Notes: a model not told the origin generated them from the letters alone. A stretch of 64,000 nucleotides of DNA from Escherichia coli (GCF_009931435.1 NZ_CP043414.1), one strand, 5' to 3'; counted from the stretch's first letter, positions 8,752 through 20,061 are shown. Numbers and translations are program-made.

Positions 8752-11070
8752 ATGAAAATTAGCGACGGAAACTGGTTGATTCAACCTGGCCTCAATTTGA
8801 TTCACCCGCTTCAGGTGTTCGAGGTTGAACAGCAGGGTAATGAAATGGTGGTCTATGCTGCCCCCCGTGATGTGCGTGAACGTACCTGGCAGCTTGATAC
8901 GCCTTTATTTACGCTGCGCTTTTTCTCCCCACAGGAAGGTATTGTCGGTGTACGGATTGAGCATTTTCAGGGGGCGCTGAATAACGGTCCTCATTACCCG
9001 CTCAATATTTTGCAGGACGTGAAGGTCACAATCGAAAACACAGAACGTTACGCTGAGTTTAAAAGTGGCAACTTAAGTGCGCGTGTCAGCAAAGGTGAGT
9101 TCTGGTCACTGGATTTTCTGCGCAACGGCGAACGTATTACCGGTAGTCAGGTGAAAAATAATGGCTACGTGCAGGACACGAATAATCAACGAAATTATAT
9201 GTTTGAGCGGCTGGATCTTGGCGTTGGCGAAACAGTTTACGGTCTGGGAGAGCGCTTTACTGCCCTGGTGCGCAATGGCCAGACGGTAGAGACCTGGAAC
9301 CGGGACGGCGGCACAAGTACTGAACAGGCGTATAAAAATATCCCGTTCTATATGACTAACCGTGGTTATGGTGTACTGGTCAATCATCCTCAATGCGTCT
9401 CTTTTGAAGTGGGATCGGAGAAAGTCTCCAAAGTGCAGTTCAGCGTTGAGGGTGAATATCTCGAATACTTTGTTATTGACGGCCCGACGCCGAAAGCGGT
9501 ACTTGATCGTTATACCCGTTTTACTGGTCGTCCGGCGCTGCCGCCCGCGTGGTCCTTCGGCCTGTGGCTAACCACTTCATTTACCACCAACTACGACGAA
9601 GCGACGGTTAACAGCTTTATCGATGGTATGGCGGAACGCAATCTGCCACTGCATGTTTTCCACTTTGACTGTTTCTGGATGAAAGCCTTCCAGTGGTGCG
9701 ATTTTGAGTGGGACCCGCTGACTTTCCCGGACCCGGAAGGGATGATCCGCCGCCTGAAAGCGAAAGGGCTAAAAATCTGCGTCTGGATTAACCCCTATAT
9801 CGGGCAAAAATCCCCTGTCTTTAAAGAGTTACAAGAGAAAGGTTATTTACTCAAACGCCCGGACGGTTCGCTGTGGCAGTGGGATAAATGGCAGCCAGGT
9901 CTGGCGATTTATGACTTTACCAATCCGGATGCCTGCAAATGGTACGCCGACAAACTGAAAGGTCTGGTCGCGATGGGCGTTGATTGCTTTAAGACCGACT
10001 TTGGCGAACGTATTCCAACCGATGTTCAATGGTTTGACGGTTCCGATCCGCAGAAAATGCATAACCATTATGCGTACATCTACAACGAACTGGTGTGGAA
10101 CGTGCTCAAGGAAACCGTTGGCGAGGAAGAAGCCGTCTTGTTTGCCCGCTCGGCCTCCGTCGGTGCGCAGAAATTCCCGGTACATTGGGGTGGCGACTGT
10201 TATGCTAACTACGAATCAATGGCGGAAAGCCTGCGCGGTGGTTTGTCTATTGGCCTTTCTGGTTTTGGCTTCTGGAGCCACGATATCGGCGGCTTTGAGA
10301 ATACCGCTCCGGCGCACGTTTACAAACGCTGGTGCGCGTTTGGTTTGCTCTCCAGCCATAGCCGTTTACACGGCAGCAAATCTTATCGTGTGCCGTGGGC
10401 CTATGATGATGAGTCCTGTGATGTGGTGCGCTTCTTCACGCAACTGAAATGCCGCATGATGCCGTATCTGTATCGTGAGGCTGCTCGTGCGAACGCGCGG
10501 GGTACGCCGATGATGCGGGCCATGATGATGGAGTTTCCGGACGATCCGGCTTGTGATTACCTTGACCGTCAATACATGTTAGGCGACAACGTGATGGTTG
10601 CTCCGGTGTTCACTGAATCGGGCGATGTGCAGTTCTACTTGCCGGAAGGTCGCTGGACACACCTGTGGCACAACGATGAACTCGATGGTAGTCGCTGGCA
10701 TAAACAGCAGCACGGCTTCCTGAGTCTGCCCGTTTATGTGCGTGATAACACCCTACTGGCGCTGGGCAACAACGAGCAACGTCCCGATTACGCGTGGCAC
10801 GAAGGCACGGCATTCCAGCTCTTTAATCTGCAAGACGGGCATGAAGCCATCTGTGAAGTGCCCGCTGCCGATGGTTCCGTTCTTTTCACCCTGAAAGCGG
10901 CGCGTACTGGCAACACAATTACTGTGAATGGTGCGGGCGTGGCGAAGAACTGGACGCTGTGCTTGCGCAATGTTGTGAAAGTAAATGGTCTGCAAGGCGG
11001 TTCGCAGGCTGAAAGTGAGCAGGGGCTGGTGGTGACGCCTCAAGGGAATGCGCTGACAATTACGTTGTAA
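8752..11070 (+). CDS. yicI: Alpha-xylosidase (GH31) YicI
   Basis: 772-aa product matching K-12 YicI; operon partner of yicJ. Confidence 0.95.
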   Translation: MKISDGNWLIQPGLNLIHPLQVFEVEQQGNEMVVYAAPRDVRERTWQLDTPLFTLRFFSPQEGIVGVRIEHFQGALNNGPHYPLNILQDVKVTIENTERYAEFKSGNLSARVSKGEFWSLDFLRNGERITGSQVKNNGYVQDTNNQRNYMFERLDLGVGETVYGLGERFTALVRNGQTVETWNRDGGTSTEQAYKNIPFYMTNRGYGVLVNHPQCVSFEVGSEKVSKVQFSVEGEYLEYFVIDGPTPKAVLDRYTRFTGRPALPPAWSFGLWLTTSFTTNYDEATVNSFIDGMAERNLPLHVFHFDCFWMKAFQWCDFEWDPLTFPDPEGMIRRLKAKGLKICVWINPYIGQKSPVFKELQEKGYLLKRPDGSLWQWDKWQPGLAIYDFTNPDACKWYADKLKGLVAMGVDCFKTDFGERIPTDVQWFDGSDPQKMHNHYAYIYNELVWNVLKETVGEEEAVLFARSASVGAQKFPVHWGGDCYANYESMAESLRGGLSIGLSGFGFWSHDIGGFENTAPAHVYKRWCAFGLLSSHSRLHGSKSYRVPWAYDDESCDVVRFFTQLKCRMMPYLYREAARANARGTPMMRAMMMEFPDDPACDYLDRQYMLGDNVMVAPVFTESGDVQFYLPEGRWTHLWHNDELDGSRWHKQQHGFLSLPVYVRDNTLLALGNNEQRPDYAWHEGTAFQLFNLQDGHEAICEVPAADGSVLFTLKAARTGNTITVNGAGVAKNWTLCLRNVVKVNGLQGGSQAESEQGLVVTPQGNALTITL

Positions 11071-11364
11071 TCTATTGAAGAATGCCGGATACGAATGGTT
11101 TTGTGTCGTATCCGGTAAATAATCTCACATCTGGTAATAAATATTTCTTCCATCGTATTTGCGAGCATGATCACGATTATTCATCGCGAAAATGTGATCT
11201 GTGCTGAAAAATATCCCTTAACCGCCTTGCTTTGTTTTATCACTGTCCGGATTACGGACAGATTTTAGTATTGTTGTGAAATTATTCTGCTTTATATTTA
11301 CCCTCAGAGATGGCAACTGAAGCTCTTCCTCATGGGGCTTCTTAATCTGTGATAAGGGTAAAAA

Positions 11365-12918
11365 ATGCAAATGATTACCTCGCGACAAAACAGATTATTA
11401 CGATTCCTTCTACCACGAAGGGAATATACGACTATTGTTACGATTGCCGGCTATTTAAATGTTTCGGAAAAAACCATTCAACGTGATTTACGTTTACTTG
11501 AGCAATGGCTGGGGCAATGGAGAATAAATGTTGAGAAGCGTGCTGGCGCGGGTGTGATGTTAAGCGCGGAGAATATTGCTGATTTGCTGCATCTTGATCA
11601 TTTGTTGGTGGCAGAATGTGAAGAGATTGATGGTGTAATGAATAATGCCAGGCGCGTTAAAATAGCGTCGCAGTTATTAAGTGAAACACCGAATGAAACG
11701 TCGATCAGTAAATTGTCAGAACGCTACTTTATCAGCGGAGCCTCTATTGTTAATGACCTGAGAGTAATTGAGTCCTGGCTTGCGCCGTTGGGGTTATCGT
11801 TGATCCGCAGCCCAAGTGGTACGCATATTGAAGGTAGTGAAGGGCAAGTCCGACAGGCAATGGCATTACTGATTAACGGCATTATTAACCATAATGAGCC
11901 GCAAGGTGTCGTGTATTCACGTCTGGATCCCGGAAGTTATAAAGCATTAGTCCATTATTTTGGAGAGGAAGAAGTGTTATTTGTCCAGTCATTGTTACTG
12001 GATATGGAAAATGAATTAAGTTGGTCTTTGGGAGAACCTTATTACGTTAACATTTTTACTCACATCCTTATTATGATGTATCGCAACACGCACGGGAATG
12101 CGTTATCAAGAGAAGAAGATCAAACCAGGCAATATGATGAAAATATCTTTAATGTTGCCAGTCAGATGATTCATAAGATAGAACAACGAATTGCACATAC
12201 GTTGCCCGATGATGAAGTCTGGTTTATTTATCAATATATCATTTCATCAGGTGTGGCGATTGATGGACAAAAAGATGTTAGCATTATTTCACATATGCAG
12301 GCCAGCAATGAAGCGCGTCTGATTACCTGGCGTTTAATTACGGTATTCAGTGACATCGTGGACTGCGATTTTAGTGAAGACAGCGCATTATATGATGGCT
12401 TGTTGGTTCATATTAAGCCGCTGATTAACCGTTTAAATTATCGCATTCATATCCGTAATCCATTGCTGGAAGATATTAAAGCAGAATTAGCGGATGTCTG
12501 GCGGTTGACGCAATATGTGGTGAATCAGGTATTTAAAACCTGGGGTGAGAATGCAGTGAGCGAGGATGAAGTGGGTTACCTGACCGTTCATTTTCAGGCT
12601 GCGATGGAGCGGCAAATTGCCCGTAAACGTGTATTACTGGTCTGTTCAACCGGAATCGGAACTTCGCATCTACTGAAAAGCCGTATTCTGCGAGCATTTC
12701 CTGAATGGACGATTGTTGATGTTATTTCAGCAGCGAATTTATCACAGGTTTTGCCTGACAATATCGAACTGATTATTTCGACCATTAATTTGCCTACAGT
12801 CACTATGCCGGTCGCTTATGTTACCGCTTTTTTTAATGATGCCGATATTAAGCGGGTCACTGAAATGGTGATTACGGAAAAATTACATCATGCGACGTCT
12901 CGGGTCGTTGAAATTTAA
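11365..12918 (+). CDS. PRD-domain-containing transcriptional activator with N-terminal HTH and PTS EIIB/EIIA-like regulatory domains (frz operon regulator)
   Basis: 517-aa product; HTH segment (YLNVSEKTIQRDLRLLEQW), EIIB-like LLVCSTGIGTSHLL motif; first gene of the PTS/aldolase cluster. Confidence 0.8.
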   Translation: MQMITSRQNRLLRFLLPRREYTTIVTIAGYLNVSEKTIQRDLRLLEQWLGQWRINVEKRAGAGVMLSAENIADLLHLDHLLVAECEEIDGVMNNARRVKIASQLLSETPNETSISKLSERYFISGASIVNDLRVIESWLAPLGLSLIRSPSGTHIEGSEGQVRQAMALLINGIINHNEPQGVVYSRLDPGSYKALVHYFGEEEVLFVQSLLLDMENELSWSLGEPYYVNIFTHILIMMYRNTHGNALSREEDQTRQYDENIFNVASQMIHKIEQRIAHTLPDDEVWFIYQYIISSGVAIDGQKDVSIISHMQASNEARLITWRLITVFSDIVDCDFSEDSALYDGLLVHIKPLINRLNYRIHIRNPLLEDIKAELADVWRLTQYVVNQVFKTWGENAVSEDEVGYLTVHFQAAMERQIARKRVLLVCSTGIGTSHLLKSRILRAFPEWTIVDVISAANLSQVLPDNIELIISTINLPTVTMPVAYVTAFFNDADIKRVTEMVITEKLHHATSRVVEI

Positions 12919-12944
12919 TGTCAGAATTTTATGAGGTATGACGA

Positions 12945-13415
12945 ATGGACATAACAAAAATCCTGAATACGAATCGCGTTATTTTAGATATGCAAGCGAC
13001 GAATAAAGCGGAGGCGATTGAAGAATTAACTAATCTTCTCAAAAAAGATGGTGCGATCGATTGTCGGGAAACCTTTATTAAAGATGTCTGGCAGCGCGAA
13101 GCGGAAGGCTCGACTGGTTTTGAAAATCATATTGCGATCCCGCATGGTAAATCTTCAGCTGTGATTAATACTACGCTGGCAATTGGCCGTACCCGGCAGG
13201 ATATTCCCTGGGAAACGCTGGATGGCAGTAGCGTGCGCTGTATTATTTTATTTGCGGTACGTCTTGAAGATCAAAATACCACCCATATCCGTTTACTTTC
13301 CCAGGTCGCGGGCGCGCTGGCGGATGATGACATCATAGAACAATTGTTAGTTGAGACGAGTCCGCAAAAAATCATTGATCTCTTTAGTCAGTATGCACAA
13401 TCCGATGTCTGCTAA
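12945..13415 (+). CDS. PTS fructose-family EIIA component
   Basis: 156-aa product with conserved HIAIPHGK phospho-histidine motif. Confidence 0.85.
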   Translation: MDITKILNTNRVILDMQATNKAEAIEELTNLLKKDGAIDCRETFIKDVWQREAEGSTGFENHIAIPHGKSSAVINTTLAIGRTRQDIPWETLDGSSVRCIILFAVRLEDQNTTHIRLLSQVAGALADDDIIEQLLVETSPQKIIDLFSQYAQSDVC

Positions 13416-13432
13416 ATAACAGGGAGTATGTC

Positions 13433-13747
13433 ATGAATATTGTCTGTGTTGCCGCCTGTACGGCGGGTATTGCTCATACCTATATTGCTCGTGAAAAGTT
13501 AATCAAAGGAGCAAAAGCTCTGGGCCATACCATTAAAGTTGAAACCCAGGGAACCATTGGTACAGAAAATGAATTACAGGCGGCAGATATCTCTGCTGCT
13601 GACGTCGTGATTCTTGCTGTAGATGTGAAAATAAAAGGAGAAGAACGCTTCACCAATAAACGTATTGTGCGAGTAAAGACAGAGATCGTCATTAAATCGC
13701 CCGTTCAATTTCTTGAAAAGGTCGAAAAATCACTGGGAAACAAATGA
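13433..13747 (+). CDS. PTS fructose-family EIIB component
   Basis: 104-aa product with N-terminal CVAACTAGIAHTY cysteine phosphorylation motif. Confidence 0.85.
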   Translation: MNIVCVAACTAGIAHTYIAREKLIKGAKALGHTIKVETQGTIGTENELQAADISAADVVILAVDVKIKGEERFTNKRIVRVKTEIVIKSPVQFLEKVEKSLGNK

Positions 13748-13771
13748 TCCTTATACTGGAGGGATCTTAAT

Positions 13772-14863
13772 ATGAAAGACAATAAAATTCCGGTTTCACA
13801 GGAAATTAAAAAACATTTATTAACCGGCATCTCGTGGATGATACCCCTTATTGTGGCCGCCGGGATATGTATTGCGTTGGGGCAAGTTCTTGGCGGTACA
13901 GATGTTGGTGAAAAAACAGGAACAATCCCGTGGATGCTTAATCAGATTGGCGGCTGGGGAATGGGGCTGATTGTGCCGCTGATTAGCGCGGCAATTGCCT
14001 ATTCTATTGCCGATCGTCCCGGATTTGCCCCGGGCCTGATTGTCGGCTTTCTCTGCGGGCAAATCCATACCGGATTTATTGGCGGTATGTTGGGTGGTTT
14101 CCTGGTGGGCTACACCATTTTGCTACTTAAACGCTATATCCGCCTGCCGCAGTCGATGCAAGGACTCATGCCAATCATGGTGTTGCCGGTATTAAGCACC
14201 ATTATCGGTGGGCTGTTAATGATGACGCTGATTGGTAAACCCATCGCCTGGTTACAAGAAGCACTGATTCATTTGCTCGAGTCGATGCAGGGCGGATCGC
14301 GCTTCCTGATGGGGGCCATACTTGGCGCGATGGCAACCTTCGATTTCGGTGGTCCGGTAAATAAAACAATGTCGTTGTTTTCCGATGGCTTGCTGGTCAG
14401 CGGCGTCTATGGGCCAGAAGCCGTGAAATTTGTCGGCTCAATCATCCCTCCGTTTGGCATCACACTTTCGTTCTTACTGACACGCCATAAATACACCCGT
14501 GCGGAGCGCGAGGCGCTGAAAGCCGCGTTTCCGATGGGGATCTGCATGATCACTGAAGGAGTCATTCCGATCGCCGCGCGTGACTTGCTGCGAGTGGTGG
14601 GATCTTGTGTGGTGGCTTCTGCGGTAGCTGGCGGCTTGATCATGGTGTGGGGCGTGGAGAGTCCGGTTCCGCATGGCGGCCTGTTTGTTGTGCCTTTGTT
14701 CACCCATCCTCTGCTGTTTTGCCTGGCGCTGGGTATAGGCACGGTGATTTGTGGCGTGATGCTTTCACTCTGGAAGAAACCGGTAACGGAACGTGACGAA
14801 GAGTTTGACGAACTGAGCGATCAAAAGCTGAAAGATGAAGAGATCACTTTCACCCTCGAATAA
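13772..14863 (+). CDS. PTS fructose-family EIIC permease
   Basis: 363-aa polytopic membrane protein immediately downstream of the EIIB gene. Confidence 0.85.
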   Translation: MKDNKIPVSQEIKKHLLTGISWMIPLIVAAGICIALGQVLGGTDVGEKTGTIPWMLNQIGGWGMGLIVPLISAAIAYSIADRPGFAPGLIVGFLCGQIHTGFIGGMLGGFLVGYTILLLKRYIRLPQSMQGLMPIMVLPVLSTIIGGLLMMTLIGKPIAWLQEALIHLLESMQGGSRFLMGAILGAMATFDFGGPVNKTMSLFSDGLLVSGVYGPEAVKFVGSIIPPFGITLSFLLTRHKYTRAEREALKAAFPMGICMITEGVIPIAARDLLRVVGSCVVASAVAGGLIMVWGVESPVPHGGLFVVPLFTHPLLFCLALGIGTVICGVMLSLWKKPVTERDEEFDELSDQKLKDEEITFTLE

Positions 14864-14874
14864 CCGGAGGCCCT

Positions 14875-15726
14875 ATGTTTGCCGATATGAAAAGTATGGT
14901 GATGAAAGCCTGGCATGAACATTACGCCTTGCTGGCGATCAACTGTATGAATCTGGAAAGTGCTCACGCAGCTATCCGCGTGGCGGAGAAGAATCGCGCT
15001 CCGATCATTCTCAATCTCTATCAGGGGCATCTGGCGCATTTTCCTGCACCCGTCGCGGCGGCAGTGGTTAAAACGCTCGCGGAATCTGCCTCAGTACCGG
15101 TCGCTCTGGCGCTTGATCATGGCAAAAATCCGGACTGTATTCGTCAGGCGTTTCGTGCTGGTTTCAGCGGATTAATGATTGATGCTTCTGCTTTTCCCCT
15201 GGAGGAAAACGTGCGCCAGACCAGGGCGGTGGTGGAACTCGCCGCCAGCGCGCAGCTCTGCGTGGAAGGCGAACTGGGCCATCTGGCAGATGCGCCGCGT
15301 TACGACCAAGCCACCAATGCCGACCTGATGACGCAACCCACTGATGTGGAACCGTTTATCGCGCAGACAGGCATTGATCTACTGGCCGTCTCGGTAGGCA
15401 CGGCGCACGGCATGTACGCGCCTGGTGTTGTACCTGCTATTGATTTTCAGCGTCTGGCGGAGATTTTCCACTGCTCGAGCGTGCCTCTGGCATTACATGG
15501 CGGTAGCGGTACGCCGTTCGATCAGCTCCAGCTCTGTACGACGCTGGGGGTAGCAAAAATCAACGTGGGGGCGGCCATTTTTGAACGGGGGAAATCCGCG
15601 CTCCTGCATACCCTCTGTCACGATATATCCATTGAACTGGTGGACGCGCTGAAAGCTATGGAACTGGCCTTCGAAGAAGCGGTTACACCGTATTTACAGG
15701 CGAGCGGCTCTATCGGCAAAGCCTGA
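14875..15726 (+). CDS. Class II ketose-bisphosphate aldolase family protein (GatY/KbaY/FbaA-like)
   Basis: 283-aa product with LALDHG and HG..G motifs of class II aldolases. Confidence 0.8.
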   Translation: MFADMKSMVMKAWHEHYALLAINCMNLESAHAAIRVAEKNRAPIILNLYQGHLAHFPAPVAAAVVKTLAESASVPVALALDHGKNPDCIRQAFRAGFSGLMIDASAFPLEENVRQTRAVVELAASAQLCVEGELGHLADAPRYDQATNADLMTQPTDVEPFIAQTGIDLLAVSVGTAHGMYAPGVVPAIDFQRLAEIFHCSSVPLALHGGSGTPFDQLQLCTTLGVAKINVGAAIFERGKSALLHTLCHDISIELVDALKAMELAFEEAVTPYLQASGSIGKA

Positions 15727-15806
15727 TTCATTTTCTGTCATGGCCTTTATGCCAGTGCAATAACGCACCGGCAGGGCGGACTACACGCTGAAACTGGAGA
15801 TTTAAC

Positions 15807-16667
15807 ATGTTAGTTTCGATGAAAGAATTACTGCAACCTACCCGCCAGCACGGCTTTGCCATTGGCGCATTTAATGTGGCGGATAACTGTTTCCTTCGCG
15901 CAGTCGTGGATGAAGCAGAAGCGACAAATACTCCGGCGATTATTGCCATCCATCCCAGCGAACATGATTTTGTGGGCGATGCCTTTTTCGCTCACATTCG
16001 CGAAATTACCCAGCGTAGTCCGGTCCCGTTTGTACTGCACCTCGATCATGGTGCCTCTGTAGAGCATGTTTTGCGTGCGATTCGCTGCGGATTTACCTCA
16101 GTAATGATCGACGGTTCGCTGCTGCCGTATGAAGAAAACGTGGCGCTGACCGCAGAAGTGGTTCGCCTCGCTCATGCGGTTGGCGTGTCGGTTGAGGGTG
16201 AACTGGGGACCATCGGACAAACAGGAACGTCAGTGGAAGGTGGAGTTTCACAAGTTACCTACACTGACCCGGCGCAAGCCGCCGATTTTATTGCTCGTAC
16301 AGGTGCCGACACACTGGCTGTGGCGATTGGTACAGCGCATGGCATCTATCCAAAAGGGATGCAACCGAAGCTGCAAATGGACATTTTGCGCGACATTGCC
16401 GGACGTATTGATATTCCGCTGGTGCTACACGGTGGTTCGGCAAACCCGGACGCGGAGATTGCTGAATCAGTTACGCTCGGCGTCGGCAAAATCAATATCT
16501 CCAGCGATATGAAATACGCCTATTTCCAGAAAGTGCGTGAAATTCTCGCTAAAGAGAGCTGGTGGGACCCGAACGTCATCTATCCGGATGCGATTAACGC
16601 GGCGCGGGAAGTCATTCGCCACAAAATGAAACTGTTCGGTTCGCTCGGTAAAGCATCACTGTACTAA
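15807..16667 (+). CDS. Class II ketose-bisphosphate aldolase (tagatose/fructose-bisphosphate aldolase-like)
   Basis: 286-aa product; HLDHG, LVLHGGS motifs. Confidence 0.85.
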   Translation: MLVSMKELLQPTRQHGFAIGAFNVADNCFLRAVVDEAEATNTPAIIAIHPSEHDFVGDAFFAHIREITQRSPVPFVLHLDHGASVEHVLRAIRCGFTSVMIDGSLLPYEENVALTAEVVRLAHAVGVSVEGELGTIGQTGTSVEGGVSQVTYTDPAQAADFIARTGADTLAVAIGTAHGIYPKGMQPKLQMDILRDIAGRIDIPLVLHGGSANPDAEIAESVTLGVGKINISSDMKYAYFQKVREILAKESWWDPNVIYPDAINAAREVIRHKMKLFGSLGKASLY

Positions 16668-16714
16668 GCCAGAAGGGCGGGGTGACCCGCCTTTTACGCA
16701 ACAAGGAACGAGAT

Positions 16715-17647
16715 ATGCACTATCTGGGGTTGGATATTGGTGGGACCAAAATCGCCGCCGTCGTCATGGATGCGCATGGCTGGGAGATTCGCCGTTACCG
16801 CTGCCCGACGCAAAAGTCGACATATCAACAATTTGTCTCATGCGTTGTGGCGCTTATCGAGCAGATTAGGCGGGACGTTCAACGACCGATGCTGACAGGG
16901 ATCGCCTTACCCGGCAGTATCTCGCCACTCACTGGCCTGATTAAAAATGCGAATATTCAGGTGATTAACGGTCATGCGTTACAGGCTGATTTGCAGCAAT
17001 TGCTTGGGCAACCGGTGGTGATAGCCAATGATGGTAACTGTTTCGCGCTATCAGAAGCTTGCGACGGTGCCGGGCAAGATTATGACGTGGTATTTGGTAT
17101 TACGCTTGGCACGGGCTGCGGCGGTGGCATTGCCATCAAGCAACGACCGTTTATAGGGGCCTGGGGAAATGCTGCCGAATGCGGTCATATCACGTTGCCA
17201 GGCTATACGGAGCAGGAAGATGGTCCATCAGTCAGTTGCTATTGCGGCAAACACAACTGCGTGGAGTCGTTTGTTTCCGGCAGCGGTTTTAGTGAACGCT
17301 ATCAACAGATGACTGGTAACTTGCTCACTCCTGCGGCGATTGTCACCCTGGCACAACGTGGTGATGCTTGTGCCATGCAGCAGGTGGCACGTTTTCGCCA
17401 ACAGCTTGCCCGCACGCTGGCAACCATCGTTAACGTTGTTGACCCTGGCGTGATTGTGATCGGCGGCGGGCTTTCGAATGTGGAACTGCTTATCACCGAT
17501 CTGAACGCAGAAGTCGCTCCACTGGTTTTCACCGATCAATTCACCACTCCCATTGTAAAAGCACAGCACGGCGACAGTAGCGGAATGCGTGGCGCTGCCT
17601 GGCTTGCTATGCGCAACGGAGAAGCCAATGAAACGCTCACAAATTAA
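16715..17647 (+). CDS. ROK-family sugar kinase
   Basis: Start chosen at MHYLGLDIGGTKIAAV (ROK ATP-binding motif) with an upstream AGGAACGAG ribosome-binding site; the ORF track begins 33 nt earlier. Confidence 0.8.
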   Translation: MHYLGLDIGGTKIAAVVMDAHGWEIRRYRCPTQKSTYQQFVSCVVALIEQIRRDVQRPMLTGIALPGSISPLTGLIKNANIQVINGHALQADLQQLLGQPVVIANDGNCFALSEACDGAGQDYDVVFGITLGTGCGGGIAIKQRPFIGAWGNAAECGHITLPGYTEQEDGPSVSCYCGKHNCVESFVSGSGFSERYQQMTGNLLTPAAIVTLAQRGDACAMQQVARFRQQLARTLATIVNVVDPGVIVIGGGLSNVELLITDLNAEVAPLVFTDQFTTPIVKAQHGDSSGMRGAAWLAMRNGEANETLTN

Positions 17648-18308
17648 TTATGTTATTGATAAAGCACATGCCATTGCGCAGACCTTCCGCGTTTGTTTGC
17701 CTGAGTTCGCCTATTTTACGGTGGATGACTGGCTGCAGCGGGAACGGGATAACTGGCAAGAAGTAGTCGACTTACAGCTCGGTTGGGATATCACCGATTT
17801 TGGTCGTGGTGATTTCAACCAAACGGGACTAACACTGCTAACGATGCGCAACGGCGCGCTGGGGTCGGCGGCATATCCAAAACCGTATGCTGAGAAAATG
17901 TTGCAGATCCAACAAGATCAGCAGACTCCCTGGCATTTTCACACCCACAAAATGGAAGATATCCTCAATCGGGGCGGTGGAGACTTATGCATGCAGTTGG
18001 CCTGGGCCAACGAAGCCAATCTCTGTGATGATCAACGAGTCATTACCGTGAATGTTGATGGTCAGCGGCGTACCATGAAACCTGGTGAAACGCTGGTGTT
18101 AAAGCCGGGGCAGGGCATTTGCCTGCCGCCGCGTCTGTATCATCGCTTCTGGGCGGAAAAAGCGTTTGTTCTCGGCTGGGAAATTTCGATGGTAAATGAT
18201 GACCAACACGATAATTATTTTCTTGAGCCGGGAGGACGTTTTCCGGCGATAGAAGAAGATGAACCGGTGAAATGGTTATTGTGCAGTGAGTATGGAATTT
18301 TGCGCTAA
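17628..18308 (+). CDS. Cupin-superfamily protein (putative sugar isomerase)
   Basis: Start chosen at MKRSQINYV preceded by GGAGAAG; HFHTHKMEDI metal-binding-type motif; 20-nt overlap with the kinase gene end. Confidence 0.7.
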   Translation: MKRSQINYVIDKAHAIAQTFRVCLPEFAYFTVDDWLQRERDNWQEVVDLQLGWDITDFGRGDFNQTGLTLLTMRNGALGSAAYPKPYAEKMLQIQQDQQTPWHFHTHKMEDILNRGGGDLCMQLAWANEANLCDDQRVITVNVDGQRRTMKPGETLVLKPGQGICLPPRLYHRFWAEKAFVLGWEISMVNDDQHDNYFLEPGGRFPAIEEDEPVKWLLCSEYGILR

Positions 18309-18317
18309 TAACGGGGA

Positions 18318-18353
18318 ACGCTAGCGCTGATATCCGCTAGCGTCCTAATTTTT
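18318..18353. terminator. Bidirectional terminator hairpin between the frz operon and yicH
   Basis: Perfect 9-bp stem ACGCTAGCG/CGCTAGCGT with 8-nt loop, followed by CCTAATTTTT. Confidence 0.5.
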
Positions 18354-20061
18354 ACTGCACCGGCTCCGTCGACGTAACTTCACCACTGGAAACTACGCCC
18401 GCATTCATGGTTTGAGTCACTTGCTGCTTTGCGGCATTCACGGCATGCAATTGCCCGCTAACCGTAGGTTTCAGCGGGACATTGACCTGAATATCGCCAC
18501 TGGCGGCAAGCTGAATATTGCCGTCGCCAGTCAACGGTAGTTCAGGCCATCCCCACTGTTGCAAAATATTCACCGGCACACCGCGTCCATTCAGGCTGAT
18601 ATGGGTCTGACGTTGTGGCGTTTGTGAAACACTGGCGGTGGCTTCCAGAATACCTTTTTCGGTAAATGCGCTCAGTTCGCTGATATTTACCGTACTGCTA
18701 TTGGCAGTCAGCGCCAGCGACGGGCGACGGACATCAACACGATTAAACGTCGCGGCGGCGGCATTCAGATTCACCGAACCACTCCAGACGCCCCATTTAT
18801 GATCGGTAACCAGCGTCAGATTCGCGCCGTAACCATCGAGCGCGGTGAGTTGCCACGGGAAGTCAGGGTTGATATCAATAATTAGATTGCGGCTGGCGCT
18901 AAATCTCTTCAGTTGCAGACTGTTTAACCAGCCGGGTGTCATTTCCATCCACAACTGTTGCCAGTTTTTCGGCAAGGTATATTCCAGCCCGGCAATTGCC
19001 GCATCATCAAGCAACAGCGTTTTCCCGTCACGCAACCAGTTCCCTGACGTTCTGACCATGCCACCTTCCCAGCGGCTGGTGAACTGGCGGAGCGCTACGC
19101 CCTGCGGGGAAAATTCCGCGTTTATAATAGGGTCAAATAAATGCAGCGAACCATAAATGAACTCGCTGGCGTTCATCGACAGTTTGCCTTCCTGTGTCTG
19201 CCAGTCATCTTTACTGAAGGTCATGTTGCGCAAGCTGAGATCGAGATCGGTCACCGCCCAGTCCGGGCCTTGCAGGCGAGCATCGATGACTTCCAGACGA
19301 CCAATCTGCAAGGACGGGACAGAGCGTAATGGTGCAAAGAAGTCAGTTAGCGATTTTTCGCTTTGTAGACGGATATCCGCCAGGCGCAGATTTTCCACCT
19401 GCCAGCTGCCGTCGGCGTTACGCTGCGCGTTTCCGGTTAATGTCCCGCGGGTGATGTCAGCACCCAGATTAGTCAGCGTAACGCGATCGTTATCAATACT
19501 GCCTTCAATCAGTACATTGGTAGCAGGAACATTATTGAGCGAAAGCGATCCGGCGCTGAATTGAATCTGCGCCTTCGTACCCAGCACTTTACCGGCTTCT
19601 GGTGACCACGGAACCACGCCGCCATTTACCCGTTGCGCGCTCAGTTTCCATTCGCTATTCGGGCTATTAAACGCCATATCACGCAGTTGCAGACGATCGG
19701 CTTTGAACGGCAGCGGCGCGGTCTGGTCGGTGAGATTCAGCGTCCCGTTTTCCAGCAGGATGGTATCGACATGGCGTGGTTCGGTCAGTTGCCGACTGCT
19801 TAGCGCAATGTCGACACTTTTTGCCACCAGGGTCGCGGGCTGACCATCACGACCAAACGTGACGTTCTCCAGTACGATATGAGATGGCGCGGAAAAACGG
19901 TGATCCATCGCCCCGAAGGCCAGATGATAGTCGCTATTATCGGAAACCCATGCGCTGATATGTTCTGCTCCCCAGCGGGTTTGCAGAAGGAAATAGAGGC
20001 CAGCGATCGCCACTAACAGAGCGATGAGAATGTAGAGAAGCAGCTTCCCAATAAATTTCAT
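18352..20061 (-). CDS. yicH: AsmA-family protein YicH
   Basis: Start at MKFIGKLLLYIL gives 569 aa as in K-12. Confidence 0.9.
   Translation of the reverse strand: MKFIGKLLLYILIALLVAIAGLYFLLQTRWGAEHISAWVSDNSDYHLAFGAMDHRFSAPSHIVLENVTFGRDGQPATLVAKSVDIALSSRQLTEPRHVDTILLENGTLNLTDQTAPLPFKADRLQLRDMAFNSPNSEWKLSAQRVNGGVVPWSPEAGKVLGTKAQIQFSAGSLSLNNVPATNVLIEGSIDNDRVTLTNLGADITRGTLTGNAQRNADGSWQVENLRLADIRLQSEKSLTDFFAPLRSVPSLQIGRLEVIDARLQGPDWAVTDLDLSLRNMTFSKDDWQTQEGKLSMNASEFIYGSLHLFDPIINAEFSPQGVALRQFTSRWEGGMVRTSGNWLRDGKTLLLDDAAIAGLEYTLPKNWQQLWMEMTPGWLNSLQLKRFSASRNLIIDINPDFPWQLTALDGYGANLTLVTDHKWGVWSGSVNLNAAAATFNRVDVRRPSLALTANSSTVNISELSAFTEKGILEATASVSQTPQRQTHISLNGRGVPVNILQQWGWPELPLTGDGNIQLAASGDIQVNVPLKPTVSGQLHAVNAAKQQVTQTMNAGVVSSGEVTSTEPVQ

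Noticed and set aside
11085-11115. A perfect 10-bp hairpin (CCGGATACGA/TCGTATCCGG) just downstream of yicI
   Set aside because: There is no U-tract on either strand, so it is not reported as a terminator; it may be a rho-dependent or structural element.
16174-16512. A 112-aa ORF inside the second frz aldolase gene, and similar internal ORFs throughout the frz, waa and spoT regions
   Set aside because: They overlap longer ORFs that have clear family motifs, in alternative frames.
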